A DNA stretch of 61,988 nucleotides, filler included, from Basidioascus undulatus (Eukaryota): NCBI GenBank assembly GCA_000826855.1. It is 6 parts of 6 records of this genome, joined end to end, with 100 filler letters (N's around TTAATTAATTAA, not from the genome) between each part and the next. Parts side by side here need not be neighbours in the genome. Positions count along the whole stretch, not along the records: positions 10,364 to 20,623 come from JTLS01001156.1; positions 20,724 to 30,966 come from JTLS01001157.1; 4 more parts are not named here. The stretch is one strand, 5' to 3'. Under the pieces are notes generated by a model. The model was not told the origin of the DNA. It was given only the letters and a program-made list of their open reading frames with translations, and did not search any database. This document shows positions 13,070-24,169 of the stretch, piece by piece; within the stretch, counting starts at the first letter, position 1; every line of letters begins with the position of its first letter. A program made the translations under genes and the position numbers.

Positions 13070-13420
13070 TTGTCACTGACAAAATGGCTTCAAAATTGTC
13101 ACTCTGACAGAAAGCCTTGAAAGTGTTGCCGTGACAGAAATGGCTGAAAATCTACACAGTGACAGAATTGTTCAAAATGTTACAGTGGCAGAATTGCTCA
13201 AAAGTGTCACAGTGACAAATTCACCAAATGACTGTGCCAAGGTGAGAGAACTGAGTGAAAGTGTCATGATGACAGAATACCTTGAAATTGTTGCAGTGAC
13301 AGCAGGGCTTGAGATTGTCAGTGATAGAAATGGGTGCAAATGCCACAGTGACGAAAGGGTGAAAGCCTGAAAAGTGTCTGAGTGCATGGCAGGCATGTGT
13401 GAAAGCGTCACAGTGAACAA
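13070..13420. repeat. ~27-bp degenerate tandem array with palindromic TGTCAC-n-GTGACA core, ~11-12 copies
   Basis: Units such as ttgtcactctgacagaaagccttgaaa, gtgtcacagtgacaaattcaccaaat, gtgtcatgatgacagaataccttgaaa. Confidence 0.85.
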
Positions 13421-13792
13421 AAAGTGTTCAAGCACCTCCTCCTCCCAACAGCATAGGAAGGGTACCTCACACAGTCTCCTCAAACAGTCCCCTCACCCTT
13501 CCGCTTTGCCATGCACTTGAGTTAACACATTTCCACCGCCACCCAACACAGCGCAAGTTCACGTGCAACCACTCTGCTATGTTCAGCTTGTGCGTTACAT
13601 GCCGCTGCCCTTAGTTCCGGGCATGTTGCAATTGCACCGCAGAGACGGATGCGGGCCGCAATTAAAGAGTATGCAGTATGTTCTGCGTGTCCGTGCACTG
13701 ACCGACAGCCCGCAAACCTGCACGCCTGCATACCACACGACAGTCCAAGAATCCGTTCAATACACATCCATATCGTCCGCCCTCTCGTCCCT

Positions 13793-14482
13793 CTACTCCC
13801 GCGCACGCTCCCCGCCCCCATCAGCCACCCCCAGCGCCCGGCCCAGCTCCTCCGCCTCCGGCTTCGCAGGCACAGCGTCTACCCGCACGCCCTGCCCCTC
13901 CAGCCACTCGCGCGTGGTCGGGCCGATGGCCGCCACCCTCACCCCCTGGCTGGGGCCTTCCTTCTCTTCCCCCGCCGCGATCCAACCCCGCTCGAGCAAC
14001 GAGGGGAGGGCGTACTCTGCGCAGGAGGGGGAGAAGAACACCACCCATTTCGGCGGGGAAGGGAGGTCGCTGAGAGCGGTGCGGAGAGCGGAGAGCGGGG
14101 GTGGGGTGGTGGAGTAGATTTGGTGCGGCGTGAGAGTGATCCCCGCTGAGGAGAGCGCGAGGGGAAGGGACGGGGAGGTCTTGTCCCCCGTTAGGTGGAG
14201 GAGGTTGATCTGGCGCCGCCCGGCATCATCGGCGGCGGAGGAAGCGGAAGAAGAGGAGGATGGGGATGGAGAGGGTCCGAGGTGTGACAGTATGAAATTT
14301 GCGAGTGCCGCGCCCGTTCCGGACTCGGCGCCGAGGATGTTGGAGGGTTGTGTGGACGTCGAGGCGGTGGAGTCCGACGGCTCGCGTCGGAGCTGCTGCT
14401 GGTGCGTCGAGGGCGGGTATGTGGGTGCATCCGGCGAGCTTGTCGGTGTATACTCGAAAGGCGTCACTTTTGGTGCGCGCAT
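13793..14482 (-). CDS. HEM4: Uroporphyrinogen-III synthase C-terminal half, in frame with an unrelated ~47-aa low-complexity N-terminus
   Basis: ILGAESGTGAALANFIL, LLHLTGDKT, WVVFFSPS, VAAIGPTT, VPAKPEAEELGRAL. The N-terminal lobe of UROS was not found upstream. Confidence 0.75.
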   Translation of the reverse strand: MRAPKVTPFEYTPTSSPDAPTYPPSTHQQQLRREPSDSTASTSTQPSNILGAESGTGAALANFILSHLGPSPSPSSSSSASSAADDAGRRQINLLHLTGDKTSPSLPLALSSAGITLTPHQIYSTTPPPLSALRTALSDLPSPPKWVVFFSPSCAEYALPSLLERGWIAAGEEKEGPSQGVRVAAIGPTTREWLEGQGVRVDAVPAKPEAEELGRALGVADGGGERARE

Positions 14483-15177
14483 TTTGAGCGGGGGGGAGAG
14501 GAGATGGAGTCGATAAAAGAGTGTGGGTGGGTCTGTGTGGTTCTGTCTGCAGTGCCGCACGCGTCGGGCTGCGTGAGTGAATATGGGCCCGCGTCGGCCT
14601 GCGAGCTGCTGTAAAGAGTGTGTATGTTGTGTTTACTGTAAAGAGCGTGGGTAGGTCGGGTGAGATTCGGTGCGTAGCGGTGATGGTCGTCGGTAGGCAG
14701 GGTGCTGAGCGCGAATAGCCGTGTAGGGCGTCCGCAGTCCCCTTCCGAGTTCAAACGCCGGATGGCAAACAACAGCCCGCCGCGTCGCTATCCACCCTTC
14801 CGCGCGTATCTCACTTGTGCCCCTTCCACATTGCGGCAAGTGCTGAGAAGAGTAAGGATGGAATACCACACTTTCCAGCCCTAAAGCTCACCTGTGTATT
14901 ATGGCGACTCGGAGAAACCCACGCCCTGGTCGCACGAGGCGCAGTGCCCCAGAAAGTTGTACCCACCCCGTATTGATATTCCAACCCAGACATTTCCTAC
15001 TCTCGAGATCCTAGCGCAGCATCCAAGGACTCATTTCCTCAGTATGCCAGCGTGGTTGGGCCATTGCGGAATCAGAACCTGAGGAGGCGGCACATGCAGG
15101 TGAAGCAGCTTCCCAGATGTTCCCCCGAAACACTCTGTACAGCACCCGCTGCCACCTCAGAGAGGGCTAATGCCTCC

Positions 15178-15213
15178 ATTTATAATGTGTTTAAAATTTA
15201 TAATGTGTTTGAA
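15178..15213. repeat. 18-bp direct tandem duplication
   Basis: ATTTATAATGTGTTTAAA / ATTTATAATGTGTTTGAA. Confidence 0.8.
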
Positions 15214-16520
15214 ATGACCAGAACCAAGGTACAGAAAAGTAAAGATTAGGCGAGGTCTTCGCCTGTCCTAACAGCACCGCACTCCACTGCAGCCAATTTT
15301 TATCAGGGCTTGCCCAGCGCGATCAACCCCCTCCCCGCCTGGAGCGTACCGGATCTCTACAGTACCAATTAATATCCGGCCCAAGTCCAGTGGTCAATCA
15401 GGACTAGAAGTCAGTTCACAACCCAGGCGGGGACCATCGTCCTGGCGCTGCGAGGTGCATCTGCAAAAGCCACTCTCCCGCGCGAATGAGTTTACTGAGT
15501 GTGCCCTCAAATGGTCAACCAAAAGTAAAAGCAGAAAACCCGCCTCATATGCTTCATTCACCAGGACGAGCCGAGAATGGTTGTACTGGCTCGCTGTGAA
15601 AGCCACTGCAGCGTGCCTCGAGACGCCTTCTGAGACGATCTCATAATTGGTAAGCTTAGGCGATGCTATGTCTGCTTCCAGAGCCCCTAGTAGTATTTTT
15701 GGGCTCAATTGAAGGGCAAGAGCCAAAGTTTACTGTTCGACAGCTGTAGGCGTTTAGCCACTGTGTGCGAGTGGTGGACACCAGCTGGCGCACTGCAGCC
15801 CGCTCAAAAAGCGTGGCATGGACATACTTGCTTCAAAGGTCCTCAATTCTCTCTTGTATAAATAGTTTTGTCGTAATAACAGAAGGCATTGCAGACTGTT
15901 CGATGAATCGAGTACCGATGCTTGCAACCGCAAAAGAAGACCGGTCCCGATAGATGGGCGCATTCGGATGTCCTGCCTCATGAGCATTCGCGACCACTGG
16001 AGTATTCAAGCTTAACCACAAGCTAATGTCTGAAGGTAAAGAAATGATTGAACAGCTAAGGCTTACGCCCTCGAAGAGTAGAGCCGCAATGCCAGCTCGT
16101 CCTTGTCTTTGGTCTTCCACCGTCGCGCAACCGCCACCCCTCCTCGAGCCCCCAATAAGTAAGCATCAGATAGCAATGTGTCTTTGTTCCAAAGGACAGA
16201 TTGGATGAATGATGGGCGCAAGTGTAAAGGAACGGTTTTGTGACCAAATTCAGTTGTCGAATGCCGTTACAACCCATGAGAATTGCCTCAATGCGTGCTC
16301 AATGCACCTACATTACTTTGAGCCTAAGCATAGATTGGCAAAGAAAATTACTCTCAGCTCGATGGTGGAGTTACATGTGCACTAGGTAACGTTCATGGCC
16401 TCAATGAGGCAGATGTTCTGAGGATATCAAGCGGTGGGGTATACAACTAATGGCGTGGAAAGAAAGCAATTCGCGAAGCAAGGTCCAGTGTCGTGATTGT
16501 CCGGTCATAAAAGAGATGCA

Positions 16521-18508
16521 CTACCAGCCAAGAACTGAGATAAAGAGCGCGGCGGCAAGCGCAATCACCACACCAGGTGCCACGGTTCCAGCACCGTTCC
16601 CGGGGTGGTCACCAGAACCGTCGCTTGCCCCGCCCTCCGACCCGGAGCCAGTGGGAGATGGGTTACGGCCTCCGTTCGTCGAAGAGGGAGTGGAAGGTTC
16701 TCGGCTGGTAGGCGAGTCGACTGGAGGCAGACAAGGTAAGGAAGGCAGCGTGACGTTGCGAAGATGGATAGGAATGCACCTAGGCAGTTGGGAATGGTGA
16801 CGTCTTTCATCTCGCGTTCTTTGGTGAATAGTCCCCAGTACGGCTCTGCAAGGAATTGAACAGAAGTAAGCATCCGAATGATGGAAGTGAAGCGAGACGT
16901 CGACTTGCCCACTCCTCCGAAAGACTCCTTCCATTCGGCATCAATTGCCTCAAACCAAAAGTACTTCGTATGGTTGGCGTCTGCTCGTAGCTGTTAGTGC
17001 AATCGCCCTCGAGCGAGAAAGATCGGGCTACACGCACTGGCTTGGCAGACGAAAGTACTGAGGAACGAATGTGAGCCAAAGATTGTGTATGCGGCGGTGC
17101 GGAACCTCAGGAAACACATTGAGCCGCTTACTCGATGAAAGTCTGCAAGCCAGCGTCGCTGATCGGACGGTTCTGCGCTGCTGTTTCGGTCTGCAAGGGG
17201 TCGTTCTCAGTTTTAGCGGCATCTTCATGGTCCAGCGAATACGACCACGCGCACCTTCTGCGATGCGTTCATAGAGTCGGTCGGCCATCCGGTCTGCGCA
17301 CCGAGCCGATGAGTTTCAGCTCGCGCATAGAGAACGTGAGGACAAGACGGACCTCGGCGTTCCAGACTTCCGGGTTGTTAGTCGCTTGGGCGCAAAGGTT
17401 GACGTTGTTCTCCTTGAAGAAGGTGTTTGTCTATGAAAGTGGAGCCCATCAAACGCATCATACGGAGAACGTCCGGCAGAGGAACCCACCCATTCAGCGG
17501 CTGCGTCAACCGTCACTCTGAAGGCGCCCATCCGTCAGACCACGCATTCACCTGCGGCTCAACCGTGGCGCAGACTCACCCAGCAAACCAAGGGTGGACC
17601 TATGTCCCCTCCGCCATTCAGCAGCCGTACCACCACGTCAAGCAGGGACTCGACAAACGCACATTGGCAAAGACATAGTCGGCCCCCTGGCACAAAGCGA
17701 GCTGGACGTAGCCTCCCGCGTCGGCCGTGCCGATCGGGATGTATTTGTCCAGGTCGAGGCCCTTGATTGTCTCGTTCGTGCGCGAGATGTAGTCGACGAG
17801 GGTCGTCGTGGCCTGCACGCCCGTCGGGTCGGTCCCGTCTTGCTCCTTGTTCAGGACGTACTCGTTCTGACAGAAACGTTTCAGCTCTCGTTCTTTACCG
17901 TGTACAAAAGAGAAACTGAACGCACCCCGACGGTGATGCCCGCAACGTGCTCCGTCCCGTAGGTGCGCAGCGCATCCGTGAGCGTATCGATCTGACGATT
18001 GTAGACTGTGTCATTTCCGTCGATGACTGAGGATGGGGTAATCAGGGCCGGTAGGACTTAGAAGGGAAAAGACCACGCTTTACGCACAGATTCCCAGCCA
18101 GATCGTGAGGTCCACTCTGGTGTCCTGGACGGCTTGGAGAACGAGCGCGGTCTGGTTGCAGTCGCTCGCGCTGTCCGCCACCGGTTGTGAGTTCACGACC
18201 CAGGAGGAACATTTCCCTTGAGCTTACTAAAGTCGTATCCGAGGGGTGACCTGCGCGAGCAGCTCGATGTCCCGGGTCACATCGGCTTGGGTTGCGCCAC
18301 AGTCGGGCAACAGGGCGCCATCCGGCGTGTATGCCATCCCACTGTGGTACCATCCCTATTTTTCATCAGAACCTTCCCGCTTCCTGTGATTATGGGAGTC
18401 CAGGACGCACTAAAATGACCGCCGGAGAACGCCGTCGCTCGCGGCGCGGACGAGGAGGACGAAGCCCAGCGGAAGAGCGAGAGCAGAGAGCCGTGCGTTG
18501 AATAGCAT
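16521..18508 (-). CDS. Secreted GH17 beta-1,3-glucanase/transglucosylase with probable GPI-anchor tail
   Basis: Signal peptide MLFNARLSALALPLGFVLLVRA. YAPDGALLPDCGA, VAGITVG|NEYVL, IGTADAG, GADYVFAN|VHPWF, EPYWGLF. Ser/Gly-rich linker and hydrophobic end VVIALAAALFISVLGW*. Confidence 0.88.
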
Positions 18509-19441
18509 GGCGCTGTTGATCTGAATGAAGGGAATGCGAAGAGTGGGAATGGAAGATGCAAATGCAGAAGGACTAACGTATATAGAAAAGGGAGAAAGGG
18601 GGTGATGGGAGGTCAGACTGAACACAGCCGCTGTGGTCGGACGGCTTTTACCTGGTCACGCATACGAAGCAGCACGCGGACGCGGACAACTGCCGCTGCG
18701 GTGAAACTCACTCCCCCGAGTATTGATGAGGCGGTGCAAGCGCTTCTTCCGCCGTCCACATAATTATTCTCACCCATTCAGAGTGCCACCATTCAGGGTA
18801 CCAATATAGAAGTACCGCCCTCGCTACGGACAGGATAGGCGGAAGCGGGCGGAACTTGCTGGTTGGCCGCCCAGTCTGAATCGTCCATCGTCCACTCTGG
18901 GCAACTCAGTCTTTACAGCAGCGCCTCAAAGGTAATATATGGGGTGTTGTGGTAAGCCGGGCTGAGCTCTTGTTTGGTTTTGTACAGGTGCTGGCGGCAG
19001 TGCTTTTAGCAGAAGTGTCGCCATCGGAGCCCATGGCACACTGTCCACTTCTGCACTTCACTTCATCGAAAACGGTCCCAAGGAGGGTTTCACAAGCAGA
19101 TTATCGACCATTTCGCATTTAGAAGACTCGATGAGCGTTTTTCACCGCAAGCCCGTTATGTTGAACGTGGTGCAAGCCTGTGGACGTGCATGGAGGCCGG
19201 AGGCCTGGTACTCTCAGAGGTCCGGCATTCACCCTTCCCACTGGATTAATTTTCTGCAAAGTACTTTATTGCCGACCGTGCGGCACGAAAAGAAAAAAAG
19301 AAAAACTCTGTACGCACTCGCTGATGCAGCCTTTCCCACTCGCGCCATTGTGTCGATCCCTCGTCATTTGGGCGTGTGTTCTTGCTTGCCCTCTCGCCAC
19401 TCCCCACTCTCCTCTCCTTAATATTTATCCTACAACCAGTC

Positions 19442-20623
19442 ATGGTCGCCCCGATAGACGCTTCCGAGCCCGAGCCGGACTTCGAAATCATCTTCAACGG
19501 GACCGGTGCGTCTCCTTTTCCGTTGGGAAGCCAAGCGCCTTGCTTACCCTTCTCCCTTTCCTAGGCACCTCCTCCGCGGTCCCCCTCGTCTCGTGCCTGA
19601 CCGACCCAGCACAGTCGTGCGAGACCTGCACGTCCACGCTCCGCCCCAGCGGCGCGCGCAACGTCCGGCGGAACACGGGCGCGGTCGTCCGCGCTGTGGG
19701 CGCGGACGGGGTGAAAAAGACGATCTTGATAGACTGTGGTGGGTGTGCTTCTCCGCTCACCCCTACTCGCTCCTCGCGAGGAGACTGAGAGGAAGGGGGC
19801 TTTGGTTTCTAGGCAAGACGTTCTACACCTCCTCGCTCCTCACGTTTCCCCGTTATGGGCTGCGCAAGATCGACGCCGTTCTGCTCACGCACGCGCACGC
19901 GGACGCGACGAACGGGCTGGACGACCTGAGGGGGTGGACCCTCTCGGGTGCGATCCAGAGCAGCATCGATATTTATTGTGATCGCGCGACGATGGACTCT
20001 GTGGGGGCGGCGTTTCCTTACCGTGAGTATGGAATTGCTGGGCGGGGAGAGGCGAGGGAGGTGGAGAGGTGGACGCTGATGAGAGGAGGGGGGAGGGTAG
20101 TGGTGGATAGAAGTAAGGCGACGGGGGGAGGGGACGTCCCGGCGTTCAATTGGCGCTTGATCGAGAGCGGGAATGCTTTTGAGATTGCTGGGATTCCGAT
20201 CACGCCTGTGTCTGGTGCGTCTTCTCCTTGTGCCATCGGAGAAGATCGTCTTGGAGACTCAAGGGGGTGCTTCGGGAGAACAGTACATCATGGCTTCGCC
20301 GCACCAGCCTCGTCCACCGCCTCCGCCCCCTTCCCCTGCCTCGGCTTCCTCTTCCCCCCGCACGCCGCCTATTTCTCCGACGTCTCGCACATCCCCCCCG
20401 AAGCATGGACCATCATCTCGCGGTCCTTCACCGTCCACTCTCCCCCCACAAACGGCACCTCCTGCTCCTCTTCCTGCTCCTCCTCCTGCTCCTCCTGCTC
20501 CTGTTCCTGCTCCTGCTCCTCCTGCTCCTCCCCAGCACCTTCCCAGCCCAACGGCTCCCCCGCCCCTCCATCCCTCTCCTCCCTCTCCCTCTCCCTCTTA
20601 AAGGCGGCTTACCGTATCCCCCG
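19442..20623 (+). CDS. Metallo-beta-lactamase-fold hydrolase (PhnP-like), 3'-truncated
   Basis: IIFNGTG|TSSAVP, RNVRRNT, ILIDCG|KTFY, LLTHAHADATNGLDDLR (HxHxD motif), VHHG, YFSDVS. Confidence 0.88.
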
Positions 20624-20723
20624 NNNNNNNNNNNNNNNNNNNNNNNNNNNNNNNNNNNNNNNNNNNNTTAATTAATTAANNNNNNNNNNNNNNNNNNNNN
20701 NNNNNNNNNNNNNNNNNNNNNNN
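20624..20723. other. Artificial contig linker
   Basis: N44-TTAATTAATTAA-N44. Confidence 0.98.
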
Positions 20724-20822
20724 CGAGCTGCCCGTTTTCAAGCCTGCATCGCTGTGTGCACGATTCCTTTCCACACCCATCGTCCCCAACTGCTCAGCGA
20801 TACGAACCTGCGAAGCTTGCTC

Positions 20823-22772
20823 ATGGCTTCCTTCATTGCCTTTGCGAGAAGCGGTCGCGAGTCCCAAGAGCACGAGCTCGCTGTGCTCGCGCAGCCTCGG
20901 CGACATGACGACGACGACGTGCGACACAGCGAGGCCGACGACTTCGACTTTGACGACAACTCTCCCCTCCTGCCCACCCAGAGCGACCCCCACGATGCCA
21001 ATCCACCTTTTCTCCGTTGCCCCTCCCTCCACTCCTCAGTCCGCTCCAACCTTTCCCGCCGGAAACGTATTGTGTTCCTTGTTTCCCTGACCGTCTTCAC
21101 AACCTTCACTGCAATCGTATACTTCGGATTCCCCTCCACACTGCATCTATACCTCGCCCTCCTCCTTATAACCCTTCCCATATCCTTTATCATTGACCTC
21201 TACTCCCTCGGCATCTCCCACGACTGGCCGAGCTGGACCCGCTCTCGCACAGCGTGGTTCGCCCTCTCGGCGCTTAGCGTCTCCTTTCTCTCCCTGCAGC
21301 CCCTCCTCCTCTCCTCCCCCCTCGATGCCACCGCCTCCGTCCCTCCCCCAAACCAAACCTACTACATCGCCTCGAACCTCTACAACTCGGCGTCTCTCCT
21401 GCCGCACTACAGCTCCGCCCTCCTCTCCCTCATCTCCGCGCTCGGGGAGGAAAACGTCTTCGTCTCCATCTACGAATCGAACTCCAAAGACCGCACGAAG
21501 GAGCTCCTGGCCTCTCTCGACCGCGAGCTTGGCGCTCGCGGCGTGAGAAGGCGGATCAAGGCGGACAATGCGGGCGAGGGCCTGAGGCGGGACAAGGGCC
21601 ACTGGAGCTCCACGCTCGACCGAATCAACTACCTCGCTCGCGTGCGGAACGAGGCCCTGGAGCCGTTGTACGAGGGAGTGGACGGTCTGGAAGGCGGGGA
21701 ATTCGCCCGCGTCGTCTGGCTCAACGACGTCTACTTCGACTGGAGTGAGTGATCCCTGGCGCAGTCGCGCTTTCACAGTACACTGCCCTTCCCAGACGTG
21801 CTCACACGCCCTTCTGACAGAATCTGTCCTCCACCTCCTCCACACGCACAACGGGTCCTACGACCTTGCCTGCGCGTTCGACTATATCCCTCTGGGGTTC
21901 TACGACACGTTTGTACCGCTCCCCCTTCACCATCACGCTGTACGTCCGTGCCTTCCCTCACGGCTGAGCTCGCCTTCCCCTCTCCTATCATAGATGGGTC
22001 ACCCGAGATCTCTGCGGGGACCGCGTTAAACCCCTTTGGCCGTACTTTGCGCACGCGGATGACGTCACGCTCCTGGCGAGAGACGAGCCTATACCCGTCA
22101 ACAGCTGCTGGAACGGCATTGCAGCGTACGACGCAAGATGGTTCGTGCCCCGCAGCAACACTTCCAGTACGATCTTACCTGACCAAAGTCTTTGCCACGC
22201 TTACTAACCATTTCATCCTATTCAACAGCGGAAAACTCGTTTCAGCGCTTCAATTCAACACCTCCTAGCGCGACCGACCCTGCCGGCAACTCGACCGTCG
22301 ACCCCTCCCCCACCTTTCCCCTCCGCTTCCGCTCCGAGGAACTGTGCAACTCCTCTGAGTGTCTTCTAGCCTCCTACGACATGCACCGTCTCTCGTCGCC
22401 AGCGCGCCCCAGGATCTTCATGAACCCCCTCGTAACCGCCAGTGCGTCCGCCCCCCTCCCCGCTTCCCCGGCCCTCCCGCCCCCTCTCCCGAACATCTTC
22501 ATCGTCCTTCGTCCCTCCACGACCTCCCTGACCCCAAAGCTTCCTTTAACCTTTGGTCGGAAACAGCGTACGACTACCCCTCGCACCTCCTCTACACGCA
22601 CATCCTCCGCTGGCGCATCGTGGCACCCTGGCGGGCGGTCTGGCGGGATCTGATATCCTACCGGCTGTTCGGGCGCCTGACGGACGTGGGGAGGAAGAGG
22701 CCCCAGTGTAAGGAATTGTTTGCCCCAGGATGGGCGGAGGCGCCGGTGGGGAGGGTGTGTCCGGATGGTTGA
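20823..22772 (+). CDS. CAP59/CMT1-family alpha-1,3-mannosyltransferase (GT69) with N-terminal TM helices
   Basis: YYIASNLYNS, NVFVSIYESNSKDRT, RINYLARVRNEALEPL, VVWLNDVYF, YDLACAFDY, FYDT|WVTRD, VNSCWNG, SECLL...DMH, IFMNP. Confidence 0.9.
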
Positions 22773-22951
22773 AGAGGCGGCGAAGGACGGAGGGGGTTTG
22801 TCGCAAAGTGGGCTCTTCTCGAACGGATCAAACTTTCTGATGTACACGGACTTGACTTATACCCTCTCGCTTTATACCCGGGGCATGAACGATGTTCTTG
22901 GTTGTATAGCTCGCATTTGGCCTTCGCAGCATCGAGGATGCTCTGCCGTGT

Positions 22952-23145
22952 TTACAAAGATAGACGCATTACACGGCAAGTGAGAAGGATGTTGCTCTTG
23001 TTGCGGTTGTAAGCTTCCAGCTCCTCCCCATCGGGCAAGCCGAAGAGCTCCGCGCGGGGTGCAGCGCCTTGGATGGCCAAGCTCAGAATCCGCGAGATGA
23101 GCTCAGGCGGGAGGTCGAAAAGAGGGAACGAAGTCACTGTAGGGT
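22952..23145 (-). pseudogene. F-box-like fragment
   Basis: FPLFDLPPELISRILSLA followed by an NILLTCR motif. No clear start or continuation. Confidence 0.35.
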
Positions 23146-24132
23146 CCCAAAGATATGAATTGCTGTTTAGGAACGGGTGATCGAAAGGGCACGCGCACTG
23201 ATTTGATGAGGCGGCTGGGATGGTGGACGTCGAGAGGGAACCTGGACGGAACGTGGGACGGCCCTCTGCCGACGTGGCTCTGAGTCGTCCTCCTGCTCCA
23301 GAGTACATTTCTATGATATGTCGATCGGGAAAAACATGCCAAAAAATCAATGATTTCCCTCGCACTGCATCAGAATCATAAACCGTGGATCCACACACCG
23401 AGTGAATGGTTGCTCACGCGTAATACGCATGGTGTACGAGGGAATCGAATGCCGTAAGGAGATGTGGGGGAGGGTTGAGTCGGTCCGAACAAAGTATTAT
23501 CACCCTAAAGGGGGTGCATTGGGGACTTCTGCTGAGCCGAAGTGGATCGACTGGCACTTCGCGAACGTGAACAGCGACTTCACTGAACGGGGCTGCCGCT
23601 GATCATCCGCCCCCTTCAGTCGGCTCGTCTTGAAAATCGGTAAGAAAACTCTTGTCCATGTAAACACATCTGAAGCGCACACATTAACAGCGGGATTTGC
23701 GATGCACGGCGAGTATGTTCATTCTTGGGCAGGGTTCCAGCGCGTCTTCATCCGCATTCAACTGGCCCCATTAATCTGTAGCCTTAATAATTCTTCTCCT
23801 ATGATCTCTCCTTGTCGGTGTCAATTGGTCATTGACTGCCAGGGGGCTCCGCTTCGGGTTGTTCTAGCAAAACACACGCTGCGTGTCCTTCCGACACAAA
23901 CAAGCCCTAAAGCATGTCAGTCTTCGTCTTGTTTCTCATAAGAGGGGCCTCGGGGGTCGGCCTAACCACCATAAGTTTTTCGCGGGTCTTGTGGCGACCA
24001 GCTAACCGACTGAGCAGCAGGTGGCCGGTCCGCCCAGCATGCCTCCGCGCCATCGCGGCTCGCCTCGCTGGCTGACCGCAGCCCCGAGCTAACCAACACA
24101 CAGGTGCCTCAGTTTGTGAAGAGTCGCCTCTT

Positions 24133-24144
24133 GGGAATAAAAGG
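24133..24144 (+). promoter_or_regulatory. TATA-like element upstream of the putative ncRNA
   Basis: GGGAATAAAAGG followed by a pyrimidine-rich tract. A similar GGGATAAAAG lies upstream of the phytase-like gene on the minus strand at ~36844-36853. Confidence 0.35.
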
Positions 24145-24169
24145 CGGCTCTTGACCTGTGCGGAACCCC

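Larger units (their letters stand above)
11790..13480. mobile_element. CpG-depleted degenerate repeat / DNA-transposon relic
   Basis: About 7 CpG in ~1.7 kb, strong TG/CA excess, broken ORFs, subterminal repeat array with an inverted copy at the other end. No transposase motif recognised. Confidence 0.55.

Noticed and set aside
13070..13420. CRISPR-like array of ~27-bp palindromic repeats
   Set aside because: Units are contiguous and degenerate with no unique spacers, there are no cas genes, and the context is eukaryotic.
14900..16400. Possible gene or TE remnant (ORFs 15394-15726 and 15833-16120 on the - strand)
   Set aside because: No recognisable motif; I cannot support a call.
20455..20535. 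Cys/Ser-rich metal-binding repeat (SCSSSC...) in the MBL hydrolase
   Set aside because: It is a TCCTGC-type microsatellite near a contig end; low-complexity expansion explains it.
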